In this document: positions 50,801-62,800 of the stretch, in pieces
Position numbering within the stretch: position 1 is the stretch's first letter
Layout of the letters: each line of letters opens with the position of its first letter
NCBI GenBank assembly: GCA_964016885.1
Contig: OZ024744.1
Span: 51,708,001-51,772,000 of the forward strand
Direction of reading: 5' to 3'
Source: Eledone cirrhosa
Lineage: Eukaryota
Length of the DNA: 64,000 nt
The notes under the pieces: generated by a model
What the model was told of the DNA's origin: nothing
Databases searched by the model: none
The model's input: the letters and a program-made list of their open reading frames with translations, nothing else
Translations under genes and position numbers: made by a program

Positions 50801-53800
50801 CGTTGGTGGGGTTATGGTACGGCTGTGAGACAGGAATGAGAGAAAGATGTCGTTGTTGGAGTTATGGTACGGTTATGAGACAGGAATGAGATAAAGATGT
50901 CGTTGCTGGAGTTATGGTATGGTTGTGAGACAGGAATGAGAGGAAAACGTCGTTGGTGGAGTTATGGTACGGCTGTGAGACAGGAATGAGAGGAAGATGT
51001 CGTTGCTGGAGTTATGGTACGGTTATGAGACAGGAATGAGAGAAAGATGTCGTTGGTGGAGTTATGGTACGGTTGTGAGACAGGAATGAGAGGAAGACGT
51101 CGTTGGTGGAGTTATGGTACGGCTGTGAGACAGGAATGAGAGGAAGACGTCATTGGTGGAGTTATGGTACGACAGTGAGACAGGAATGAGATGAAGACGT
51201 CGTTGGTGGACTAATGGTACGGCTGTGAGGCAGGAATGAGATGAAGACGTCGTTGGTGGAGTTATGGTACGGTTGTGAGACAGGAATGAGAGAAAGATGT
51301 CGTTGGTGGAGTTATGGTACGGCTGTGAGGGAGGAATGAGAGAAAGATGTCGTTGATGGTGTTATGGTAATGCTGTGAGACAGGTATGAGAGAAAGACGT
51401 CGTTGGTTGAGGTATGGTACGGTTGTGAGATAGGAAAGAGAGAAAGATGTCGTTGGCGGAGTTATGGTACGGCTGTGAGACAGGAATGAGAGGAAGACGT
51501 CGTTGGTGGAGTTATGGTACGGCTGTCAGACAGGAATGAGAGGAAGACTTCGTTGGTGGAGTTATGGTGCGGCTGTGAGACAGGAATGAGAGGAAGACGT
51601 CGTCAGTGGAGTTATGGTACGGCAGTGAGACAAGAATGAGAGAAAGACGTCGTTGGTGGAGTTATTGTACGGCTGTGAGAGAGGAATGAGAGGAAGATGT
51701 CGTTGGTGGAGTTATGGTACGGTTGTGAGACAGGAATGAGAGAAAGATGTCGTTGGTGGAGTTATGGTACGGCTGTGAGGGAGGAATGAGAGAAAGATGT
51801 CGTTGATGGAGTTATGGTAATGCTGTGAGACAGGTATGAGAGAAAGACGTCGTTGGATGATGTATGGTACGGTTGTGAGATAGGAAAGAGAGAAAGATGT
51901 CGTTGGCGGAGTTATGGTACGGCTGTGAGACAGGAATGAGAGGAAGACGTCGTTGGTGGAGTTATGGTACGGCTGTCAGACAGGAATGAGAGGAAGACTT
52001 CGTTGGTGGAGTTATGGTGCGGCTGTGAGACAGGAATGAGAGGAAGACGTCGTCGGTGGAGTTATGGTACGGCAGTGAGACAAGAATGAGAGAAAGACGT
52101 CGTTGGTGGAGTTATGGTACGGCTGTGAGAGAGGAATGAGAGGAAGATGTCGTTGGTGGAGTTATGGTACGGTTGTGAGACAGGAATGAGAGAAAGATTT
52201 CGTTGTTGGAGTTATGGTAATGCTGTGAGACAGGAATGAGAGAAAGATTTCGTTGGTGGAGTTATGGTATGGTTGTGAGAGAGAAATGAGAGAAAGAGGT
52301 CGTTTGTGGAGTTATGGTACGGCTGTGAGACAGAAATGAAAGGAAGAGGTCGTTGGTGGAGCTATAGTACGGCTGTGAGAGAGGATGAGAGGAAGACGTC
52401 GTTTGTGGAGTTATGGTACGGCTGTGAGAGAGGAATGAGAGGAAGATGTCGTTCGTGGAGTTATGGTAATGCTGTGAGACAAGAATGAGAGAAAGATGTC
52501 CTTGGTAGAGTTATGGTACGGCTGTGAGACAGGAATGAGAAAAAGTGGTCGTTGGTAGAGTTATAGTACGGCTGTGAGACAGGAATGAGAGAAAGATGTC
52601 GTTGGAGGAGTTATGGTACGGCTGTGAGACAGGAATGAGAGGAAGAGGTCGTTGGTGGAGTTATGGTACGGCTGAGAGACAGCAATAAGAGGAAGAGATC
52701 GTTGGTGGAGTTATGGTACGGTTGCGAGACCGGAATGAAAGGAAGAGGTCGTTGGTGGAGTTATGGTACGGCTGTGAGACAGGAATGAGGGAAAGACGTC
52801 GTTGGTGGGGTTATGGTACGGCTGTGAGACAGGAATGAGATAAAGATGTCGTTGCTGGAGTTATGGTATGGTTGTGAGACAGGAATGAGAGGAAAACGTC
52901 GTTGGTGGAGTTATGGTACGGCTGTGAGACAGGAATGAGAGAAAGGCGTCGTTGGTGGAGTTAGGGTACGGCTGTGAGACAGGAATGAGAGGAAGATGTC
53001 GTTGCTGGAGTTATGGTACGGTTATGAGACAGGAATGAGAGAAAGATGTCGTTGGTGGAGTTATGGTACGGCTGTGAGACAGGAATGAGAGGAAGACGTC
53101 ATTGGTGGAGTTATGGTACGGCTGTGAGACAGGAATGAGAGGAAGACGTCATTGGTGGAGTTATGGTACGACAGTGAGACAGGAATGAGATGAAGACGTC
53201 GTTGGTGGACTAATGGTACGGCTGTGAGGCAGGAATGAGATGAAGACGTCATTGGTGGAGTTATGGTACGGTTGTGAGACAGGTATGAGAGAAAGACTTC
53301 GTTGGTGGAGTTATGGTACGGCTGTGAGACAGGAATGAGAGGAAGATGTCGTTGGTGGAGTTATGGTACGGTTGCGAGACAGGAATGTGATAAAGATGTC
53401 ATTGGTGTAGCTACTGGTACGGCTGTGAGACAGGAATGAGAGGAAGATCTCTTTGGTGGAGTTATGGTACGGCTGTGTGACAGGAATGAGAGGAAGACGT
53501 CGTTGCTGGAGTTATGGTACGGTTATGAGACAGGAATGAGAGAAAGACGTCGTTGGTGGAGTTATGGTACGGTTGCGAGACCGGAATGAAAGGAAGAGGT
53601 CGTTGGAGGAGTTATGGTAATGCTGTGAGACAGGAATGAGAGAAAGACGTCGTTGGTGGAGTTATGGTAGGGTTGTGAGACAGGAATGAGATGAAGACGT
53701 CATTGGTGGAGTTATGGTACGGCTGTGAGACAGGAATGAGAGGAAGATGTCGTTGCTGGAGTTATGGTACGGTTGCGAGACCGGAATGAAAGGAAGAGGT

Positions 53801-56800
53801 CGTTGGAGGAGTTATGGTAATGCTGTGAGACAGGAATGAGAGAAAGACGTCGTTGGTGGAGTTATGGTACGGCTGTGAGATAGGAATGAAATGAAGACGT
53901 CGTTGGTGGTGTTATGGTACCGTTGTGAGACAGGAATGAGAGAAAGATGTCGTTGGTGGAGTTATGGTAATGCTGTGAGACAGGTATGAGAGAAAGACGT
54001 CGTTGGATGAGGTATGGTACGGTTGTGAGATAGGAAAGAGAGAAAGATGTCGTTGGCGGAGTTATGGTACGGCTGTGAGACAGGAATGAGAGAAAGATTT
54101 CGTTGGTGGAGTTATGGTAATGCTGTGAGACAGGAATGAGAGAAAGATTTCGTTGTTGGAGTTATGGTAATGCTGTGAGACAGGAATGAGAGAAAGATTT
54201 CGTTGGTGGAGTTATGGTATGGTTGTGAGAGAGAAATGAGAGAAAGAGGTCGTTTGTGGAGTTATGTTACGGTTGTGAGACAGGAATGAGAGTAAAAGGT
54301 CGTTGGTGGAGTTATGGTACGGCTGTGAGACAGGAATGAGGGGAAGAGGTCGTTGGTGGAGTTATGGTACGGTTGTGAGACAGAAATGAAAGGAAGAGGT
54401 CGTTGGTGGAGCTATAGTACGGCTGTGAGAGAGGAATGAGAGGAAGACGTCGTTTGTGGAGTTATGGTACGGCTGTGAGAGAGGAATGAGAGGAACATGT
54501 CGTTCGTGGAGTTATGGTAATGCTGTGAGACAAGAATGAGAGTAAGATGTCCTTGGTAGAGTTATGGTACGGCTGTGAGACAGGAATGAGAAAAAGTGGT
54601 CGTTGGTAGAGTTATAGTACGGCTGTGAGACAGGAATGAGAGAAAGATGTCGTTGGAGGAGTTATGGTACGGCTGTGAGACAGGAATGAGAGGAAGATGT
54701 CGTTGGTGGAGTTATGGTACGGCTATGAGACAGGAATGAGTGAAAGATGTGATTGCTGGAGTTAAGGTACGGTTGTGAGACAGGTATGAGAGAAAGACTT
54801 CGTTGGTGGAGTTATGGTACGGCTGTGAGACAGGAATGAGAGGAAGATGTCGTTGGTGGGGTTATGGTATGGTTGTGAGACAGGAATGAGAGAAAGATGT
54901 CGTTGGTGGAGTTATGGTATGGTTGTGAGATAGGAATGAGAGAAAGATGTCGTTGGTGGAGTTATGGTATGGTTGTGAGACAGGAATGAGAGAAAGATGT
55001 CGTTGGTGGAGTTATGGTACGGCTGTGAGACAGGAATGAGAGCAAGAGATCGTTGGTCGAGTTATGGTAATGCTGTGAGACAGGAATGAGGGAAAGACGT
55101 CGTTGGTGGAGTTATGGTAGGGTTGTGGGACAGGAATGAGATGAAGACGTCATTGGTGCAGTTATGGTACGGCTGTGTGACAGGAATGAGCGAAAGATGT
55201 CGTTGTTGGAGTTATGGTACGCTTATGAGACAGGAATGAGATAAAGATGTCGTTGCTAGAGTTATGGTACGGTTGTGAGACAGGAATGAGAGGAAAACGT
55301 CGTTGGTGGAGAGTATGGTACGGCTGGAGACAGGAATGAGAGGAAGACGTCGTTGGTGGAGGTATGGTATTATTGTGAGAGAGGAATGAGAGGAAGATGT
55401 CGTTGCTGGAGTTATGGTACGGTAGTGAGACAGGAATGAGATGAAGATGTCGTTGCTGGAGTTATGGTACGGTTGTGAGACAGGAATGAGAGGAAGACGT
55501 CGTTGGTGGAGTTATTGTACGGTTGTGAGACAGGAATGTGAGGAAGACGTCGTTGGTGGAGTTATGGTACGGCTGTGAGACAGGAATGAGAGGAAGACGC
55601 CGTTGGTGGAGTTATGGTACGGTTGTGAGAGAGGAATGAGAGGAAGACGTCGTTTGTGGAGTTATAGTACGGCTGTGAGAGAGGAATGAGAGAAAGAGGT
55701 CGTTGGTGGAGTTATGGTAATGCTGTGAGACAAGAATGAGAGAAAGATGTCGTTGGACGAGTTATGGTACGGCTGTGAGATAGGAATGAAATGAAGACGT
55801 CGTTGGTGGTGTTATGGTACCGTTGTGAGACAGGAATTAGATAAAGATGTCTTTGGTAGAGTTATGGTACGGCTGTGAGACAGGAATGAGAGGAAGACGT
55901 CGTTGGTGGTGTTATGGTACGGCTGTCAGACAGGAATGAGAGGAAGACGTCGTTCGTGGAGTTATGGTACGGCTGTGAGAGAGGAATGAGAGGAAGACGT
56001 CGTTCGTGGAGTTATGGTAATGCTGTGAAATATGAATGAGTGAAAGATGTGATTGCTGGAGTTATGGTACGGTTGTGAGACAGGTATGAGAGAAAGACGT
56101 CGTTGGTGGAGTTATGGTACGGCTGTGATACAGGAATGAGAGGAAGATGTCGTTGGTGGAGTTATGGTACGGCTGTGAGACAGGAATGAGAGGAAGATGT
56201 CGTTGGTGGAGTTATGGTATGGTTGTGAGACAGGAATGAGAGAAAGATGTCGTTGGTTGAGTTATGGTATGGTTGTGAGACAGGAATGAGAGAAAAATGT
56301 CGTTGGTGGAGTTATGGTACGGCTGTGATACAGCAATGAGTGGAAGAGGTCGTTGGTGGAGTTATGGTACGGTTGTGAGACAGGAATGAGAGGAAGAGGT
56401 CGTTGGTGGAGTTATGGTACGGCTGTGAGACAGGAATGAGAGGAAGAGATCGTTGGAGGAGTTATCTTACGGTTGTGAGACCGGAATAAAAGGAAGAGGT
56501 CGTTGGTGGAGTTATGGTAATGCTGTGAGACAGGAATGAGGGAAAGACGTCGTTGGTGGTGTTATGGTAGCGTTGTGAGACATGAATGAGAGAAAGACGT
56601 CATTGGTGGAGTTATGGTACGGCTGTGAGACAGGAATGAGAGAAAGATGTCGTTGGTGGAGTTATGGTACGATTGTGAGACAGGAATGAGAGGAAGACGT
56701 CGTTGGTGGAGTTATGGTACAGCAGTGAGACAAGAATGAGAGAAAGACGTTGTTGGTGGAGTTATGGTACGGCTGTGAGACAGGAATGAGAGGAAGACGT

Positions 56801-59800
56801 CGTTGGTGGAGATATGGTAGGGTAGTGAGACAAGAATGAGAGATAGACGTGTGTCGGTGGAGCTATGGTACGGCTGTGAGACAGAAATGAGAGGAAGACG
56901 TCGTAGGTGGAGAAATGGTACGGTCGTGAGACAGGAAAGAGAGAAAGATGTCGTTGGTGGAGGTATGGTTTTATTGTGAGAGAGGAATGAGAAGAAGATG
57001 TCGTTGCTGGAGTTATGGTACGGTTGTGAGACAGGAATGAGAGGAAGACGTCGTTGGTGGAGTTATTGTACGGTTGTGAGACAGAAATGAGAGGAAGACT
57101 TCGTTAGTGGAGTTATGGTACGGCTGTGAGACAGGAATGAGAGGAAGACGTCGGTGGTGGAGTTATGGTACGGCCGTGAGACAGGAATTAGATGAGGACG
57201 TCATATGTGGACTTATGGTACGGCTGTGAGACAGGAATGAGATAAAGATGTCGTTGGTGTTGCTACGGGTACGGCTGTGAGACAGGAATGAGAGGAAGAG
57301 GTCGTTGGTGGAGTTATGGTACGGCTGTGAGACAGGAATGAGATGAAGACCTCGTTGGTGGAGTTATGGTACGGTTGTAAGACAGGAATGAGAGGAAGAT
57401 GTCGTTGGTGGAGTTATGGTACGGCTGTGGGACAGGAATGAGAGGAAGACGTCGTTGGTGGAGTTATGGTACGGTTTTGAGACATGAAAGAGAGAAAGAT
57501 GTCGTTGGTGGAGTTATGGTATGATTGTGAGAGAGGAATGAGAGGAAGATGTCGTTTGTGGAGTTATGGTACGGTTGTGAGACAGGAATGAGAGGAAGAC
57601 GTCGTTGGTGGAGTTATGGTACGGCAGTGAGACAAGAATGAGGGAAAGACGTCGTTGGTGGAGTTATGGTACGGCAGTGAGACAAGAATGAGAGAAAAAC
57701 ATCTTGGTGGAGTTACGGTACGGCTGTGAGAGAGGAATGAGAGGAAGCTGTCGTTGGTGGAGTTATGGTACGGCTGTGAGACAGGAATGAGGGAATGATG
57801 TCGTTGGTGGAGTTATGGAATGGTTGTGAGACAGGAATGAGAGAAAGATGTCGTTGGTGTAGTTATGGAACGGTTGTGAGACAGCAATGAGAAGAAGAGG
57901 TCGTTGGTGGAGTTATGGTACGACTGTGAGAAAGGAATGAGAGGAGAGGTCGTTGGTGGAGTTATGGTACAGCTGTGAGGCAGGAATGAGATGAAGACGT
58001 CGTTCGTGGAGTTATGGTACGGTTGTGAGACAGGAATGAGACAAAGATGTCGTTGGTGGAGTCATGGTACGGCTGTGAGACAGGAATGAGAGAATGACGT
58101 CGTTGGTGGAGTTATGGTACGGTTGTGAGACAGGAATGAGAGGAAGACGTCGTTGGTGGAGTTATGGTACGGTTGCGAGACAGGAATGAGATAAAGATGT
58201 CGTTCATGTAGCTACTGGTACGGCTGTGAGACAGGAATGAGAGGAAGAGGTCTTTGGTGGAGTTAGGGTACGGCTGTGACACAGGAATGAGATGAAGACC
58301 TCGTTGGTGGAGTTATGGTACGGTTGTGAGACAGGAATGAGAGGAAGATGTCGTTGGTGGAGTTATGGTACGGCTGTGAGACAGGAATGAGAGGAAGACG
58401 TCGTTGGTGGAGTTATGGTACAGCAGTGAGACAAGAATGAGAGAAAGACGTTGTTGGTGGAGTTATGGAACGGTTGTGAGACAGGAATGAGAGGAAGACG
58501 TCGTTGGTGGAGTTATGGTACGGTTTTGAGACAGGAAAGAGAGAAAGATGTCGTTGGTGGAGTTATGGTATGATTGTGAGAGGAATGAGAGGAAGATGTC
58601 GTTGGTGGAGTTATGGTACGGTTGTGAGACAGAAATGAGAGGAAGATGTCATTGGTGGAGTTATGGTACGGTTGTGAGACAGGAATGAGAGAAAGATGTC
58701 GTCGGTGGAGTTATGGTACGGCTGTGAGAGAGGAATGAGAGAAAGATGTCGTTGGTCGAGTTATGGTAATGCTGTGAGACAGGTATGAGAGAAAGACGTC
58801 GTTGGATGAGGTATGGTAGGGCTGTGAGACAGGAATGAGAGGAAGACGTCGTTGGTGGAGTTATGGTACGGCTGTGAGAGAGGAATGAGAGGAAGACGTC
58901 GTTGGTGGAGTTATGGTACGGCAGTGAGACAAGATTGAGAGGAAGACGTCGTTAGTGGAGTTATGGTACGGCTGTGAGACATAAATGAGATGAAGACGTC
59001 GTTGTTGGAGTTATGGTAATGCTCTGAGACAGGAATGAGAGAAAGATGTCGTTGCTGGAGTTATGGTACGGTTGTGAGACAGGAATGAGAGGAAGAGGTC
59101 GTTGGTGGTGTTATGATACGGTTGTGAGAGAGGAATGAGAGGAAGACGTCGTTTGTGGAGTTATGGTAATGCTTTTGTGACAAGAATGAGAGAAAGATGT
59201 CGTTGGTAGAGTTATGGTAGGGCTGTGAGACAGGAATGAGAGAAAGAGGTCGTTGGTGGAGTTATGATACTGTTGTGAGACAGGAATGAATGGAAGAGGT
59301 CGTTGGTGGAGTTATGGTACGGCTGTGAGACCGGAATGAAATGAAGACGTCGTTGGTGGAGTTATGGTACGGTTGTGAGACAGAAATGAGATAAAGATGT
59401 GGTTGGTGGAGTTATGGTACGGCTGTGAGACGGGAATGAGAGGAAGACGTCGTTGGTGATGTTATGGTACGGCTGTGAGACAGGAATGAGAGGAAGACGT
59501 CGTTCGTGGAGTTATGGTACGGCTGTGAGAGAGGAATGAGAGGAAGAGGTCGTTCGTGGAGTTATGGTAATGCTGTGAATCAAGAATGAGAGAAAGATGT
59601 CGTTGGTAGAGTTATGGTACGGCTGTGAGACAGGAATGAGAGAAAGATGTCGTTGGTGGAGTTATGGTACGGCTGTGAGATAGAAATGAGAGGAAGAGGT
59701 CGTTGGTGGAGTTATGGTACGGCTATGAGACAGGAATGAGTGAAATACGTGATTGCTGGAGTTATGGTACGGTTGTGAGAAAGGTATGAGACAAAGATTT

Positions 59801-62800
59801 CGTTGGTGGAGTTATGGTACGGTTGTGAGACCGGAATGAAAGGAAGAGGTCGTTGGTGGAGTTATGGTACGGCTGTGAGACAGGAATGAGAGGAAGAGGT
59901 CGTTGGTGGAGTTATGGTACGGCTGTGAGACAGGAATTAGAGGAAGAGGTCGTTGGTGGAGCTATGGTACGGCTGTGAGACAGGAATGATAGGAAGAGAT
60001 CGTTGGTGGAGTTATCGTACGGTTGTGAGACCGGAATGAAAGGAAGAGGTCGTTGGTGGAGTTATGGTACGGCTGTGAGACAGGAATGAGGGAAAGACGT
60101 TGTTGGTGGAGTTATGGTAGGGTTGTGAGACAGGAATGAGATGAAGACGTCATTGGTGGAGTTATGGTACGGCTGTGAGACAGGAATGAGAGAAAGATGT
60201 CGTTGTTGGAGTTATGGTACGGTTATGAGACAGGAATGAGATAAAGATGTCGTTGCTGGAGTTATGGTACGGTTGTGAGACAGGAATGAGAGAAAGACGT
60301 CGTAGGTGGAGTTATGGTAGGGCTGTGAGACAGAAATGAGGGGAAGACGTCGTTGGTTGAGTTATGGTACGGCTGTGAGTCAGGAATGAGAGGAAGACGT
60401 CGTAGATGGAGTTATGGTACGGTTGTGAGACAGGAAAGAGAGAAAGATGTCGTTGGTGGAGGTATGGTATGATTGTGAGAGAGGAATGAGAGGAAGATGT
60501 CGTTGGTGGAGTTATGGTACGGTTGTGAGACAGGAATGAGAGGAAGACGTCGTTGGTGGAGTTATGGTACGGTTGTGAGACAGGAATGAGAGAAAGATGT
60601 CGTTGTTGGAGTTATGGTACGGTTATGAGACAGGAATGAGATAAAGATGTCGTTGCTAGTGTTATGGTACGGTTGTGAGACAGGAATGAGAGGAAAACGT
60701 CGTTGGTGGAGTTATGGTACGGCTGTGAGACAGGAATGAGAGGAAGACGCCGTTGGTGGAGTTATGGTACAGCAGTGAGACAAGAATGAGAGGAAGACGC
60801 CGTTGGTGGAGTTATGGTACAGCAGTGAGACAAGAATGAGAGAAAGACGTTGTTGGTGGAGTTATGGTACGGTTGTGAGACAGGAAAGAGAGAAAGATGT
60901 CGTTGGTGGAGTTATGGTATGATTGTGAGAGAGGAATGAGAGTACGATGTCGTTGGCGGAGTTATGGTACGGTTATGAGACAGGAATGAGATAAAGATGT
61001 CGTTGCTGGAGTTATGGTACGGTTGTGAGACAGGAATGAGAGGAAGACGTCGTTGGTGGAGTTAAGGTACGGCTGTGAGACAGGAATGAGAGGAAGACGT
61101 CGGTGGTGGAGTTATGGTACGGCCGTGAGACAGGAATTAGATGAAGACGTCATATGTGGACTTATGGTACGGCTGTGAGACAGGAATGAGAGGAAGATGT
61201 CGTTGGTGGAGTTATGGTACGGTTGCGATACAGGAATGAGATGAAGACGTCGTTGGTGGAGTTATGGTACGGCTGTTAGACAGGAATGAGAGGAGGAGGT
61301 CGTTGGTGGAGTTATGGTACGGTTGCGAGACAGGAATGAGATAAAGATGTCGTTGGAGTAGCTACTGGTACGGCTGTGAGACAGGAATGAGAGGAGGAGG
61401 TCGTAGGTGGAGTTATGGTACGGCTGTGAGACAGGAATGAGATGAAGACGTCGTTGCTGGAGTTATGGTACGGTTGCGAGACAGGAATGAGATAAAGATG
61501 TCGTTGGTGTAGCTACTGGTACGGCTGTGAGACAGGAATGAGAGGAAGAGGTCGTTGGTGGAGTTATGGTACGGCTGTGAGACAGGAATGAGATGAAGAC
61601 CTCGTTGGTGGAGTTATGGTACGGTTGTGAGACAGGAATGAGAGGAAGATGTCGTTGGTGGAGTTATGGTACGGCTGTGAGACAGTAATGAGCGGAAGAT
61701 CTCGTTGGTGGAGTTATGGTACGGCGGTGAGAGAGGAATGAGAGGAAGACGTCGTTGGTGGAGTTATGGTACGGTTGTGAGACAGGAATGAGGGAAAGAC
61801 CTCGTTGGTGGAGTTATGGTGAGACAGTGACAAAGGAATGAGAGGAAGACGTCGTTGGTGGAGTTATGGTACGGCAGTGAGACAGGAATGAGAGAAAGAT
61901 GTTGGTGGAGTTAATGGTATGGCTGTGAGACAGGAATGAGAGGAAGATGTCTTTGGTGGAGTTATGGTACGGCTGTGAGACAGGAATGAGAGGAAGACGT
62001 CATCGGTGGAGTTATGGTACGGCTGTGAGACAGGAATGAGAGAAAGATGTCATTGGTGGAGTTATGGTACGGCTGTGAGACAGGAATGAGAGGAAGATGT
62101 CTTTGGTGGAGTTATGGTACGGCTGTGAGAGAAATAAGAGAAAGATGTCGTTGGTGGATTTATGGTACGGCTGTGAGACACGAATGAGAGGAAGATGTCG
62201 TTGATGGAGCTATGGTACGTCTGTGAGACACGAATGAGAGAAAGATGTCGTTGGTGGAGTTATGGTACGGCTGTGAGACTGGAATGAGAGGAAGACGTCG
62301 TTGGTGTAGTTATGGTACGGTTGTCAGACAGGAATGAGAGGAAGAGGTCGTTGGTGGAGTTATGGTACGGCTGTGAGACAGGAATGAGAGAAAGACGTCG
62401 TTGGTGGAGTTATGGTACGGTTGTGAGACAGAAATGAGAGGAAGATGTCGTTGGTGGAGTTATGGTACGGCTGTGAGACAGGAATAAGAGAAAGATGTCG
62501 TTGGTCGAGTTATATACTGCTGTGAGACAGGAATGAGAGAACGATGTGGTTGGTAGAGTTATGGTACGGTTGTGAGAGAGGAATGAGAGGAAGATGTCGT
62601 TGGTGGAGTTATGGTACGGCTGTAAGACAGGAATGAGAGAAAGACCTCGTTGGTGGAGTTATGCTACGGCTGTGAGAGAGGAATGAGAGGAAGAGGTCGT
62701 TGGTGGAGTTTTGGTACGGTTGTGAGAGAGGAATGAGAGGAAGATGTCATTGGTGGAGTTATGGTACGGTTGTGAGACAGGAATGAGAGGAAGATCTCGT

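Noticed and set aside
385-52488. Plus-strand ORFs of 60-112 aa with repeated ELWYGCETGMRERCRWWSYGTAV motifs
   Set aside because: They are translations of the satellite. A 50-bp unit cycles through all three frames and normally reaches the GAA-TGA stop. ORFs lengthen only where 48/49-bp variants or point changes skip it. There is no unique coding sequence or frame-preserving pattern.
11989-53252. Minus-strand Ser/Thr/Pro/His-rich ORFs that look mucin-like
   Set aside because: The composition follows directly from the C-rich strand of the repeat. The ORFs are short, scattered and end at the recurrent TAA.
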